A stretch of DNA of 64,000 bases from a virus. The DNA lies in IMG/VR virus record IMGVR_UViG_3300044797_000308, positions 5,850 through 69,849 of that record; one strand, 5' to 3'. The notes under the pieces were generated by a model. The model did no database searches. It saw only the letters and a list, made by a program, of their open reading frames with translations, and was not told where the DNA came from. This document shows, in pieces, positions 28,593 through 38,523 of the stretch; the first letter of the stretch is position 1; each line of letters begins with the position of its first letter. The translations under genes were made by a program, and so were the position numbers.

Positions 28593-29201
28593 ATGGGTTT
28601 TGATTCATTTGCTCCTGGCACTAATGTCAACGGTTGTTTCGTAGTTCAAAATGTCAGTCCACAAGTCAAAACCATTAGTATCTTTACCTATCCAATTAAC
28701 TATCATTGTCTTCGAGATTTAATACAAATCCCAGGAGTATCAGAAAGTAGTATTCGCGCTTCCTTACTCAAAGGGGAATTGCGTAATAAAATTAGAGTTG
28801 GTGATATTACAGTTGTATGTAGTGATATTGATCTATTACAATTCAACCCTGTTCAGAAAGCATTTTTACAAGCAGCTGGTATTGTCAATGGATTGAGTGT
28901 CACGGGAACTGGCTTTCCATATTTATTTAGAGATGATCGGCCTTTGATTGGTATGCAAGATGGGGTTAATAGAACATTTACTGTACCCTCCCCAGATAAG
29001 TTTTTGGATGGAACACAATCAGATGGAAACGAATTTACCATTTTCATTACTCATAATGGATTAAAACAACAAGAAAATATAGATTTTATAGTATCTCAAT
29101 CTGGAGGGGCTGGAACTGGTTTTGATACCATCAATTTTATTAGCAAAACACCTAAACCCGATGCCATATTACGTGCCTGGTACGTAATAGACGCTCCCTA
29201 A
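28593..29201 (+). CDS. Hypothetical virion-associated protein
   Basis: C-terminal G..DGVN.TF...NGL.Q...DF Ig-like module typical of phage structural proteins. Confidence 0.65.
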   Translation: MGFDSFAPGTNVNGCFVVQNVSPQVKTISIFTYPINYHCLRDLIQIPGVSESSIRASLLKGELRNKIRVGDITVVCSDIDLLQFNPVQKAFLQAAGIVNGLSVTGTGFPYLFRDDRPLIGMQDGVNRTFTVPSPDKFLDGTQSDGNEFTIFITHNGLKQQENIDFIVSQSGGAGTGFDTINFISKTPKPDAILRAWYVIDAP

Positions 29202-29223
29202 TCTTGAGATATAAGTAGGGAAG

Positions 29224-30543
29224 ATGACAGTCTTACGTACCGCAGCCGATCAGTTAAATGACATAAATGGTTCCGATGATCAAAACTCCAATCTAGATAT
29301 TGCGGACGAACCGCAACAGTTAGGGGCGCCACTCGGACCTATGGGCAGCAACGCGTCCATTATTTCTATGAACGGTTCCGAATTAACTATTGTTGGATTG
29401 AGTGAAATGACGCTCGACTCCATTGGTTGTGTGTTGCAATTATTAGATGCTAATACGCCCGCTAATAACGGAGCCTTTACCATTAGCAATTACATTGCAC
29501 CTGATACCGTGAGTATTCTCAATGGTGGTGGTGGTAGTGCCCCAGATGCTAACAATGGCAATATCTCTTGGATCGAGCGTAATCCATACAGCCTTCGGGA
29601 CGATCTCAATTATGAACGTTCGGATCGTAAAATTATCAAGGGTGTGGATTATGACCAACTGCCGCCCACTTATCAACAGCCTATCGCCATCGGTACGGAT
29701 GTTCCTACTAATTTAGCTAATATTTCCGGTAACACCTTAGATGCCATTGCTTATCTAGGCAATCGTCAAGTGTTTGGTATTGATATTTTGGCGGGACAAT
29801 CTTTTATCACTTTGTTTGGTGCAGGTATGCTCAAGCACACCGATCCCATCAACACTTTAGGTATCCCTTGTTTTGATATGGCTCCTTATGTTGGTGATTT
29901 TAATTCGTGTTTCGTTAAGGTATTAGACGGTTATGTTACGGGTGCCGAAATACAAGTTATTCAGGGACCTCATGCCGGCGAAAGAATTTTCGGAGTCACC
30001 AGTAATGGCTCTTCTGTTTCTCCTAATTCTGTGGAAATATTTTTTTATTCCTGTCCACCTTGGCAAGATATTACAATTGGGTCCTCCCCATATACTTGGG
30101 AAGTGGGGCAACCCAATGCTATCAATTTAATCTATGTTTACAATCAAATAGGTAATAATTTAGATACAAATATTTTTATATTACCCACTCTCACCCCTGC
30201 TTCCGGAACAGGTGGCAGTGGTATTACTTCTTCTGAACATGAAACTTTACGACAACTCATTCATTTTATTGATGAAGGACCGGGCGATGGCTTCTTATCA
30301 GGGGCTTACAAAGTTATTTTACCGCAGTCCTCCCCTTTCCCCACTTCTGTTATTTGGTATGAAGATGATACCATGTCTCAAATAATAATCTCCAAAATGT
30401 TAGTTTGGTCTGGCCCAGTCCCAACAAATATTATATGGCAGATATATAATACCGATGGTGTTACAGTGGCGCATACAGTAAGTGACAGTATCGCGTACAA
30501 TAACATGATATTTGAATCAACGAGAGTAAGGACGATTTCATAA
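29224..30543 (+). CDS. Hypothetical virion structural protein
   Basis: 439 aa beta-rich; ANNGAFTI module also present in the sheath; HETLRQLIHFID segment. Confidence 0.65.
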   Translation: MTVLRTAADQLNDINGSDDQNSNLDIADEPQQLGAPLGPMGSNASIISMNGSELTIVGLSEMTLDSIGCVLQLLDANTPANNGAFTISNYIAPDTVSILNGGGGSAPDANNGNISWIERNPYSLRDDLNYERSDRKIIKGVDYDQLPPTYQQPIAIGTDVPTNLANISGNTLDAIAYLGNRQVFGIDILAGQSFITLFGAGMLKHTDPINTLGIPCFDMAPYVGDFNSCFVKVLDGYVTGAEIQVIQGPHAGERIFGVTSNGSSVSPNSVEIFFYSCPPWQDITIGSSPYTWEVGQPNAINLIYVYNQIGNNLDTNIFILPTLTPASGTGGSGITSSEHETLRQLIHFIDEGPGDGFLSGAYKVILPQSSPFPTSVIWYEDDTMSQIIISKMLVWSGPVPTNIIWQIYNTDGVTVAHTVSDSIAYNNMIFESTRVRTIS

Positions 30544-33416
30544 TGGCTAATGATTCACCAGCGGCAATTTTATTTGATCAATATGGCAATCCTATTGGGG
30601 ATAGTCTCGATCAAGACGGCTATTATCGCCTTAAAGTTGAAAGTATTGTTGATAAAGTAATCCCAACATTTTCTGTCAATAATAGTACTACCACGCCCCT
30701 TGCAGCCTTTGGTGTTTTCCAGGGGACTAGCGAAGACATTACTGGTTTCGTGTCTACAGACGTGACGGTACTCTCCGATGTCACTAGTGCTGTTGACGGA
30801 TTATTGTTTGAGTGGAGTCAAGATAATATTAATTGGAATTATTCAGATGGTACTTCCTTTACTATTACCGGTGGGGTAGGCCAAAATTACTCTTTATCTC
30901 CCAGAGCCAAATATTTTAGACTTTCTTATACTAATGGTGTTTCTAATCAAACTAATTTTGCTTTATCAGTTAGTCATTATCCTATCGATAGGTCGCCAGT
31001 ACTTTCTAATTTATCTACTGATGTTTTAGCACAACGATCTACCGAAGTGGTTAGATCTATCTTGGCTGCCCAGAAACAAGGCGGTGCGGCTCAAACAAAT
31101 AATTATACTAATTTGCAAGCCACCACTGTTGGATTTCTTAAAGTGTCAGTGGATACGGTGGTTACACCTCCAGTTATTATTCCTACTGTTGTACAAGCTC
31201 AGCCCACCGCGCCTAGCCTAGGGACTACTTTTTTTGATACTTTTGATAATGATACCGCCATTAATAACGCTATCATTGCTCTTGTTATACAGGGAGCAGG
31301 CTCTTCTGGTGTCACATATACCTTCTCTGACTCTCAGGGAAATTTATATGTAAAAGGCGCTAGTTTTGCCAGTCCAGGTGTCGGGCAAATTGATTTGTGG
31401 TATACTAACGCTATTGGCGGTCCCCTCACGGTTGCCGCAACTAATTTTAGTACGCCCACTACCGTTGCCTTACAAATCTATGAAGTCAATGGTTTATTGG
31501 TGGGTGCTACTATTTTGGATAAGGCAATTGTAGGCCTGGGAAATAGCACTAATTTATCTGCCGGTCCTATTCTTACCAATCACGATACTGAGTTTTGTAT
31601 TTCTGCTTTCGTTACCAATGGGACACCTACCATCACACCGGATGTGGGCTGGAATGTTAATCTTAGTGCGCCTGGATTTTTTGCCCAAAGCCAAACGCAA
31701 GCTGTCGCTGGCACTATCACCGGACTAGCCACTGCTTCTGTAGCTGAATCATATCTTGGTATTTTGGTTACTTTTCTTCCCGCCCTTGTTAGCCGTCCAT
31801 TGGTGCAAGATGCTTCTGGTAGATTACAAACTGTTATTCCATATGTTCTCCCTACCGTTTCTGCCCTCAATAGCACTACCATCCCACTAGGATCTAACGA
31901 TACCTTTGTGGGAGTAGGAGAAGATGTTAGTACCTTTAATACTATTGACGTCACTGTTTTAAGTGATGTGGTTAGCGCTATCAATGGATTACTTTTCGAG
32001 TGGTCACAAGATAATATTACCTATAATTATCCAGAGTCTTTTACCATTCAAGCTAATGTTGGACAATACTATTCTATTACGCCTCGTGCCAAATACTTCA
32101 GAATAACCTATACCAATGGCGCTATCGCCCAAACCAATTTTGATTTATCTGTTGTTTATTATCCCTTGACCAGAGGTTCTTGGACACAGAATTTAGATAC
32201 TGATGTTCCTTCCCAAAAAGCTACCGAAGTAGTTAGATCAGTTTTGGCTGCTCAAAAACAAGGTGGAGCAGCTCAATCCAATGACTACACTAACTTACAG
32301 GCTACTACTGGAGGATTTCTTAAGGTCTCTCTAGACACTGTGGTTAGTCCGCCTATCATAACGCCTACGGTTGTTCAACGAAACAATACACCACCAACTA
32401 CTGGCAATTTATTTTCTATTAGTTTTGGTGATGATACCACTATCAACAATGCTGTTATCGTATTGGTTATGCAAGGACAAGGAACTAGTTCTGCTGCCTA
32501 TACTTTAACTGATACTCAGGGAAATCTTTATGTAGAGGGAGCCTCTGTAATTAATGATGGTTATGGTCAAATTGATTTATGGTACACCACAAGTATCGGC
32601 GGTTCTGATCCTGATATCATTGCTAATTTCGTTAACCCTGCTACCGTCTCTTTGCAAATTTATGAAGTCAGTGGATTATTAATTGGCAGCCCCATCTTAG
32701 ATCAGTTTATTTTTGGTGTGGGATCTGGAACATCGCTTACTACCCAATCTATTCTTACTAATCATGATGGAGAATTCTGTATTGCCGCTTTTGCTGGTGC
32801 AGGTACTTCGATTATTCTAGCTGGCGATGATTGGACTCAAGATTTGAGTGCCATCGGTTTTGGTGCGGAACATCAAATACAAAATGCTGCTGGTCTAATC
32901 ACTGGTACGGCCACTGCCGCTTCCTCCGTTACTTATGTTAGCCTCTTAGCCACTTTTTTCCCGGCTCTTGTCAGCCGTCCAATAGTACAAGATCCTACTG
33001 GCAGATTAATAGTAATATCACAAATTACAGATGGATATTATGGGCCAGTCTCCGTGGCACCGCCTTTGACAGCTGCTATGGCTACGGATTCTGCTTTAGT
33101 AGTAGCTATTTCACCTAATACCCCTATCACTACTACTGCGGCTCGCCCTTCTACTAATGATACTTTTAGCGTAGCCGCTTCCACTACTAACACCATATTG
33201 CTTCCTTCTAATACATTAAGGTTGGGGGCCACTATTTATAATGATGCTTCGGCTTTGTTATATGTAAAGCTAGGAGTTAGTGCTAGTTTATCAGACTTTA
33301 CCGTTAAGTTATTTCCTCTCAGTTATTATGAGGTTCCATTTGGTTATACGGGAGAAATAGACGGTATTTGGTCAAACACCGGAGGTTTTGCTAGAATCGG
33401 TGAATTGACATTATAA
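30543..33416 (+). CDS. Fibre/spike-like structural protein with internal duplication
   Basis: Shares N-terminus and ALVVAISPN with 33498 and 35306, and its C-terminal domain with 33498. Confidence 0.65.
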   Translation: MANDSPAAILFDQYGNPIGDSLDQDGYYRLKVESIVDKVIPTFSVNNSTTTPLAAFGVFQGTSEDITGFVSTDVTVLSDVTSAVDGLLFEWSQDNINWNYSDGTSFTITGGVGQNYSLSPRAKYFRLSYTNGVSNQTNFALSVSHYPIDRSPVLSNLSTDVLAQRSTEVVRSILAAQKQGGAAQTNNYTNLQATTVGFLKVSVDTVVTPPVIIPTVVQAQPTAPSLGTTFFDTFDNDTAINNAIIALVIQGAGSSGVTYTFSDSQGNLYVKGASFASPGVGQIDLWYTNAIGGPLTVAATNFSTPTTVALQIYEVNGLLVGATILDKAIVGLGNSTNLSAGPILTNHDTEFCISAFVTNGTPTITPDVGWNVNLSAPGFFAQSQTQAVAGTITGLATASVAESYLGILVTFLPALVSRPLVQDASGRLQTVIPYVLPTVSALNSTTIPLGSNDTFVGVGEDVSTFNTIDVTVLSDVVSAINGLLFEWSQDNITYNYPESFTIQANVGQYYSITPRAKYFRITYTNGAIAQTNFDLSVVYYPLTRGSWTQNLDTDVPSQKATEVVRSVLAAQKQGGAAQSNDYTNLQATTGGFLKVSLDTVVSPPIITPTVVQRNNTPPTTGNLFSISFGDDTTINNAVIVLVMQGQGTSSAAYTLTDTQGNLYVEGASVINDGYGQIDLWYTTSIGGSDPDIIANFVNPATVSLQIYEVSGLLIGSPILDQFIFGVGSGTSLTTQSILTNHDGEFCIAAFAGAGTSIILAGDDWTQDLSAIGFGAEHQIQNAAGLITGTATAASSVTYVSLLATFFPALVSRPIVQDPTGRLIVISQITDGYYGPVSVAPPLTAAMATDSALVVAISPNTPITTTAARPSTNDTFSVAASTTNTILLPSNTLRLGATIYNDASALLYVKLGVSASLSDFTVKLFPLSYYEVPFGYTGEIDGIWSNTGGFARIGELTL
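30657..33008 (+). repeat. Two ~390-codon tandem repeats (30657-31826, 31845-33008)
   Basis: NSTT.PL...GLLFEWSQDNI...PRAKYFR..YTNG...EVVRS.LAAQKQGGAAQ...ALVSRP.VQD..GRL occurs twice. Confidence 0.95.
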
Positions 33417-33497
33417 CTATGGCTAACAACACATAAAAGAAGATAAGGTTTAACAAGGGCGCGAAAATTCGGCGACTTTTTATTTCAGGAGTAATAC

Positions 33498-35201
33498 ATG
33501 AGTAGCATATCCCCAGCAGTAGTCTTATACAGTTCTGATGGTACCGAATTAACCGTAGTCAGTGGTAGCGTTGTTCCAGCTAGCACTAGAGCCCTTCTCA
33601 TCTCGGGTCAAAACCCAAGCGGTGATGCTCTCTACGTCCCTTCCGCAGCTCAAGGCGCGCTAGGTATCGTCAATATGAGCAATGATTATATTGTTCAATC
33701 TAACGCGACAGTAACTACCAGTGGTTCTACTTTTGTTACGGCTAACTACTACGGTACGCAAGAAATTGCCATCATTGTCAATGTCGGAACTGTCACTGGT
33801 ACTGGTTCTATCACTTACACTATTCAAGAAGTAGATCCTGGCAATAACACCACTTTGTTTGGTAACTCTGCTAGCACTAGTGCTATCAGCACCGGAAACG
33901 CTCCTGCGGTTTTCACTGCGGTACTGAATAGTACCACCAGCCCTGTCGTTCGGGTTTCTTGGGTTGTTACTGGCACTTTCAGCGCTAGCATTTATACCAC
34001 CGTGGTTAGCAAAACTACCCCAGTCACTCAGGCTGTCAGCGGTACCGTTACTGCTAACAACGCCTCAGTATCTACTACTGGAACTGCCGTTCCTGCCTCT
34101 GCTACTTTCGTGGGTGGATTGGTAACTACTGCTGCTGAGTCTGGTTTGACTAACGGTGACTTGTACTCCCTCAATCTTACTACTGCCGGACAACTTCGTA
34201 TCGATGGTGTTTATCCAACTGCTGCTGCCGCCCCTTCCACTGATGCTATGTATGTGGCTGGTGCTGTAACTACTGCTGCTCCCACCTACACCACTGGCCA
34301 AATGGATCCGCTTTCTATGGATACTTCTGGCAATTTGCGTGTTCTCGCCACTCAAAGTCTAGCAGGAACTCTTGCTCAAAGCTGGTATACTCGGATCTCC
34401 GATGGTACCAACGGCCCAGTTGCTGTTAAGCCGGCCTCTACCGCCGCTGTAGCAACTGATCCTGCTTTGGTAGTGGCCATCAGCCCAAACAACACTGTCA
34501 CTACTTCTAACAGTGCTAATGGTAATACGGCCGCAGCTCCTCCAGCCCAAGCTACTTATGTGGGTGCTCTAGTGACTACCGCTGCTGAGTCCGGTTTGAC
34601 CAGCGGTGATATGTATCCATTCAATCTTACTACTACTGGTCAGCTACGTATTGATAGCGCATATCCACTAGCAACCGCTGTGGCTACTGCGGTTGATATG
34701 ACTCAAGTAGGTGGCGTGGTTACTACTTCCGCTCCATCTGGGTATGCCAACAATACCATTAATGCTTTATCTCTAAGTACTGCCGGAAATCTACGTGTTG
34801 ATGGTTCGACAGTTACCCAACCTGTTACTGGTACCGGTACTGCTGGTACCCCAGCTACTGGTGTGGTAACTGTGCAAGGTATCTCTGGTGGCACCGCTAT
34901 TCCAGTCTCTGGCACTTTTACCACGGATAAGTCTTCCACTTCGTCTCTAACACAAGTAACAGCCGCTACTTCTAGCACCTCCATTTTGGCTTCTAATGCT
35001 AACAGAGTAAGCGCCACTTTTTACAACAACAGTACGGCAATTTTGTTCTTAGCTTTCGGTGCCACTGCCTCTACCACCGCTTTCACGGTGAGAGTAATGC
35101 CAAACAGCTACTATGATCTTCCAATCACATATACTGGTGCTATCAGCGGTATTTGGAATGCAGTTAACGGAAACGTTTGCGTTACAGAGCTTACACCTTG
35201 A
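33498..35201 (+). CDS. Thr/Ala-rich modular fibre-like protein
   Basis: Repeats VTTAAESGLT.GD.Y..NLTT.GQLRID and VTTAAPTY; RBS AGGAG. Confidence 0.7.
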   Translation: MSSISPAVVLYSSDGTELTVVSGSVVPASTRALLISGQNPSGDALYVPSAAQGALGIVNMSNDYIVQSNATVTTSGSTFVTANYYGTQEIAIIVNVGTVTGTGSITYTIQEVDPGNNTTLFGNSASTSAISTGNAPAVFTAVLNSTTSPVVRVSWVVTGTFSASIYTTVVSKTTPVTQAVSGTVTANNASVSTTGTAVPASATFVGGLVTTAAESGLTNGDLYSLNLTTAGQLRIDGVYPTAAAAPSTDAMYVAGAVTTAAPTYTTGQMDPLSMDTSGNLRVLATQSLAGTLAQSWYTRISDGTNGPVAVKPASTAAVATDPALVVAISPNNTVTTSNSANGNTAAAPPAQATYVGALVTTAAESGLTSGDMYPFNLTTTGQLRIDSAYPLATAVATAVDMTQVGGVVTTSAPSGYANNTINALSLSTAGNLRVDGSTVTQPVTGTGTAGTPATGVVTVQGISGGTAIPVSGTFTTDKSSTSSLTQVTAATSSTSILASNANRVSATFYNNSTAILFLAFGATASTTAFTVRVMPNSYYDLPITYTGAISGIWNAVNGNVCVTELTP

Positions 35202-35305
35202 ACCGAACAATCTGATATGGTTGTGGTTTGCGAGAAATTGTTAAGGTGCTCCATATTGGTAGGCCTGCATTTAGTAGAGAATTAAAAAAGTTAGGCTGAA
35301 ATAAT

Positions 35306-37687
35306 ATGTCAAGTGAATCGCCAGTAGTAGAATTATATAGTTCGGATGGTTATGAATTAAGCATCCAGAATAATAATACCCTACCAGCGAATCCACGAGC
35401 TTTATTTGCTGCCGGATCTGACGGAACCAATTCTAGAATCATTTTAATGGATGGTTCCAGCAGGCAAATCATTGCTGGAGCTGGTACAGCCGGCACACCT
35501 ACTGGTGGCGTTCTTTCTATTCAAGGTGTTTCTGGTGGCACTGCGGTCCCTGTTTCGGGCACAGTGACGGCTACTAATCCATCCGTCTCTACCACTGCTG
35601 CTGCTGTCCCCACCTCTGCTACTTTCGTAGGTGGTGAAGTACAGGCTCTTCAGTCTGGTTTGACGACTGGAGATTTATACCCATTATCTATGACTACAGC
35701 CGGACTGCTTCGTGTGGACGGATCTAACGTTACACAGCCAGTTTCAGGTACAGTGACGGCCAACGCAGGAACCGGAAATTTTACGGTCATACAAGCTACT
35801 GCTTCCAATCTCCTAGCCGAAGTTGGAGGATTAGGTGCTGCGGGATCTGCCCTGGTAGGTAATCCAGTTCTCAACGCAGGGTCCGATGGTACCGACACAA
35901 GAACACTTTTGACAGATACTTCTGGTAGACAAATCGTAGCGGGTGCTGCCGCTGCTGGCTCTGCTATCGCAGGTAATCCAGTTTTAGTAGGTGGCTCCGA
36001 TGGTACAGACGCCCGAGCCCTTGCTACTGATACTTCTGGCCATATGGTCGTTGTGGGCACCGCCTCGGATAATACTGCCAACTCTACTGCTAAATTGCCT
36101 GTTATAGCAGCTGTAGCCAATACTTCCGCCCCCACTTATACTACTGGAGATATGGTCCCGCTCTCCACTGATACTTCCGGTAATCTAAGAATTACTGGTT
36201 CTATTAGCGCTTCCAATCCGTCTGTGTCTACCACGGCTGCTGCCGTTCCTACTTCCGCTACCTTTGTAGGTGGTGAAGTGCAAGCCCTTCAGTCTGGTTT
36301 GACTGCTGGGGATCTGTATCCGCTTTCCTTGACCACGGCTGGCTTGCTTCGTGTCGATGGATCCAATGTTACTCAGCCTGTTTCAGGCACAGTCACGGCC
36401 AATCAAGGCACCGCCAATACCTTAGCCAATGCATGGACAACTGAAATTACTGACGGCACCCATGGCCCTGCTGCTGTCAAAGCCGCCTCTACTGCGGCTG
36501 TCGCAACCGATTCTGCTTTGGTAGTGGCCATCAGCCCTAATAACTCTCTATCTTTATCTGCGCAAGATGTCACTGCTACTGGTGCTCTTGGCGCCTTGAA
36601 TGCTACTGTCTCAGTAACTACGGCGGGTTTATCTTCCATAGGTATGCAGTTGGCCGCAGGAACTTTGATCGGAACCATTATACCGGAAATATCTTTTGAT
36701 GGCGGTACTACTTGGAACGCAACTTACTTTGATGCTGTCAATACTGGAAATATTGTTTCCAGTTTTGTATTTGCCTCGTCTAACACCGCTACTGCCGCTA
36801 CTATTGTGGGAGCGGGTGGTTCCGGTATGACACGTGTTCGAGTATCGGCCTATACTTCCGGCACAGCCAATATTACTGTCAGAGCCTCTGATATCTCTGA
36901 TCCTTCTAGTCTCTCGGAAGGCGTTCCTGGTCAGGTGCTTCCCCCTGTAGCCACTCTCAAAGGTTTATCGGATGGCACTGATATTCGTGCAGTGTTGGGC
37001 GATACTTCGGGGCGCACTATGGTAATAGGAGCAGCGGCAGCTGGTTCAGCCGTTACGGGTAATCCAGTTCTTATTGGTGGATCAGATGGTACTGATGCTC
37101 GTGTATTAGCAACTGATACTTCTGGACATCAAATCGTAGTTGGAGATGGCACGGCCGGAACTCCTGCTGGTGGTGTTGTTTCCATACAAGGAGTTTCGGG
37201 CGGAACAGCTGTTCCGATTTCTGGATCTTTCAGTCTCACTCCTTCCTATGGAACTAGTAATCAATCAATCACTTGTACTATTAATAGCTTAGCCAGTGCT
37301 GGTCAGAGAGGATCTACCTCCGTTACTAACTCTACTCCTTTTAGAGATGCATTAGTGCAAATTACAATAGTATCCGCCAGTACTGGCGTATCCACTACTG
37401 GAATTGTTAACGTGTATGCATATGGTTCTGCTAATGGTGGTACCACCTACGGTGATACAGCTACCGGTTCAGATGCTGGTATCACACTAACTTCTCCTCC
37501 TAACTTGAAGTTAATTGGTACTCTCAACGTGGTGGCTGATTCTGTTACATATCACTCTAATCCACTTTCTGTGGCAGCCGCTTTCAATGGAAGGCTGCCA
37601 CAACAATGGGGTATCGTGGTAGAAAATAAGACTGGTGCTGCTCTGGCCGCCAGTGGTAATAGTGCTTGGTACCAAGGAATTAGTTAA
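35306..37687 (+). CDS. Thr/Ala/Gly-rich modular fibre-like protein
   Basis: Repeats GNPVL.GSDGTD.R...DTSG (3-4x), LRVDGSNVTQPVSGTV (2x), GTAGTP.GGV.SIQGVSGGTAVP (2x). Confidence 0.7.
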   Translation: MSSESPVVELYSSDGYELSIQNNNTLPANPRALFAAGSDGTNSRIILMDGSSRQIIAGAGTAGTPTGGVLSIQGVSGGTAVPVSGTVTATNPSVSTTAAAVPTSATFVGGEVQALQSGLTTGDLYPLSMTTAGLLRVDGSNVTQPVSGTVTANAGTGNFTVIQATASNLLAEVGGLGAAGSALVGNPVLNAGSDGTDTRTLLTDTSGRQIVAGAAAAGSAIAGNPVLVGGSDGTDARALATDTSGHMVVVGTASDNTANSTAKLPVIAAVANTSAPTYTTGDMVPLSTDTSGNLRITGSISASNPSVSTTAAAVPTSATFVGGEVQALQSGLTAGDLYPLSLTTAGLLRVDGSNVTQPVSGTVTANQGTANTLANAWTTEITDGTHGPAAVKAASTAAVATDSALVVAISPNNSLSLSAQDVTATGALGALNATVSVTTAGLSSIGMQLAAGTLIGTIIPEISFDGGTTWNATYFDAVNTGNIVSSFVFASSNTATAATIVGAGGSGMTRVRVSAYTSGTANITVRASDISDPSSLSEGVPGQVLPPVATLKGLSDGTDIRAVLGDTSGRTMVIGAAAAGSAVTGNPVLIGGSDGTDARVLATDTSGHQIVVGDGTAGTPAGGVVSIQGVSGGTAVPISGSFSLTPSYGTSNQSITCTINSLASAGQRGSTSVTNSTPFRDALVQITIVSASTGVSTTGIVNVYAYGSANGGTTYGDTATGSDAGITLTSPPNLKLIGTLNVVADSVTYHSNPLSVAAAFNGRLPQQWGIVVENKTGAALAASGNSAWYQGIS

Positions 37688-38463
37688 TGAGCTCCTCTAT
37701 TACTTTTGGCGCTACGTCTCTTGGTGGGCTTGGAATCAACCAAGCAGTAACGATCAAACCAGGTGGACTCATCGGTTATCATACATGGTGCTGTTTTACT
37801 AAGCTAACAACTCTTTCTGGCGGCCAACAAGTCTTATGGCAGCCAATGTTGACTCTTCATGTTTCATGGTTTCAGATTTTGTATGACACTGCTTCAACCA
37901 AGATTGGATTGTTTGGTGGTCCAACACCTGCTGTTTTAGTAACGACGATCACCCCCACTCTGGGACAGTGGTACTTCATTGCTTATACGTTGTCTGCAAG
38001 TGGTACCGGTTCTTCAGCTACAACTACATGGACGATTTACATCAAACCAGTTGGTGCCGCAACCTGCCGCGTGTTTTCTTTTACTGGAACAGGAACTACT
38101 TACCCTGCACAACAACCTGATTTTTTGGGATTAGGTAATGTGGCTAGTTGGTCTGGTAGCACTACGTCTACTGAACCATGGGAGGGCAGCATCTGTGGTG
38201 TAAAGTATTGGAACGGCGTATCTCTTACTCAGGAAGAAATTGAAAGAGAGAGTGAGCAGATTGCGCCAGTTCGTAGATCCGATCTCTTCTGGTATTTCCC
38301 ACTAACACATCCTCTCGATTTGTATCCTCAGCAATTTGTTGAAGGGGGCCAAACTCCTTGGGTTGCATTCACTCCCGCAAATTTAAGCCAAGGATCTGGT
38401 CCCCCTATTCCTGAGTACAAAGATGCTGGCTTTATTGATAATACGGCGGTCTGGGGTTACTAA
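37687..38463 (+). CDS. LamG/concanavalin-A-like domain protein (possible receptor-binding partner)
   Basis: GQWYFIAYT and WEGSICGVKYWN..LTQEEI pattern. Confidence 0.6.
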   Translation: MSSSITFGATSLGGLGINQAVTIKPGGLIGYHTWCCFTKLTTLSGGQQVLWQPMLTLHVSWFQILYDTASTKIGLFGGPTPAVLVTTITPTLGQWYFIAYTLSASGTGSSATTTWTIYIKPVGAATCRVFSFTGTGTTYPAQQPDFLGLGNVASWSGSTTSTEPWEGSICGVKYWNGVSLTQEEIERESEQIAPVRRSDLFWYFPLTHPLDLYPQQFVEGGQTPWVAFTPANLSQGSGPPIPEYKDAGFIDNTAVWGY

Positions 38464-38489
38464 TATTATATTTGTCGGACGCGACAATC

Positions 38490-38503
38490 AATAACATGTC
38501 ATA
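38490..38503 (+). promoter_or_regulatory. Putative late promoter AATA-N6-CATA
   Basis: AATAacatgtCATA, intergenic. Confidence 0.6.
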
Positions 38504-38523
38504 GTAAGCATGGGGGCTAACTT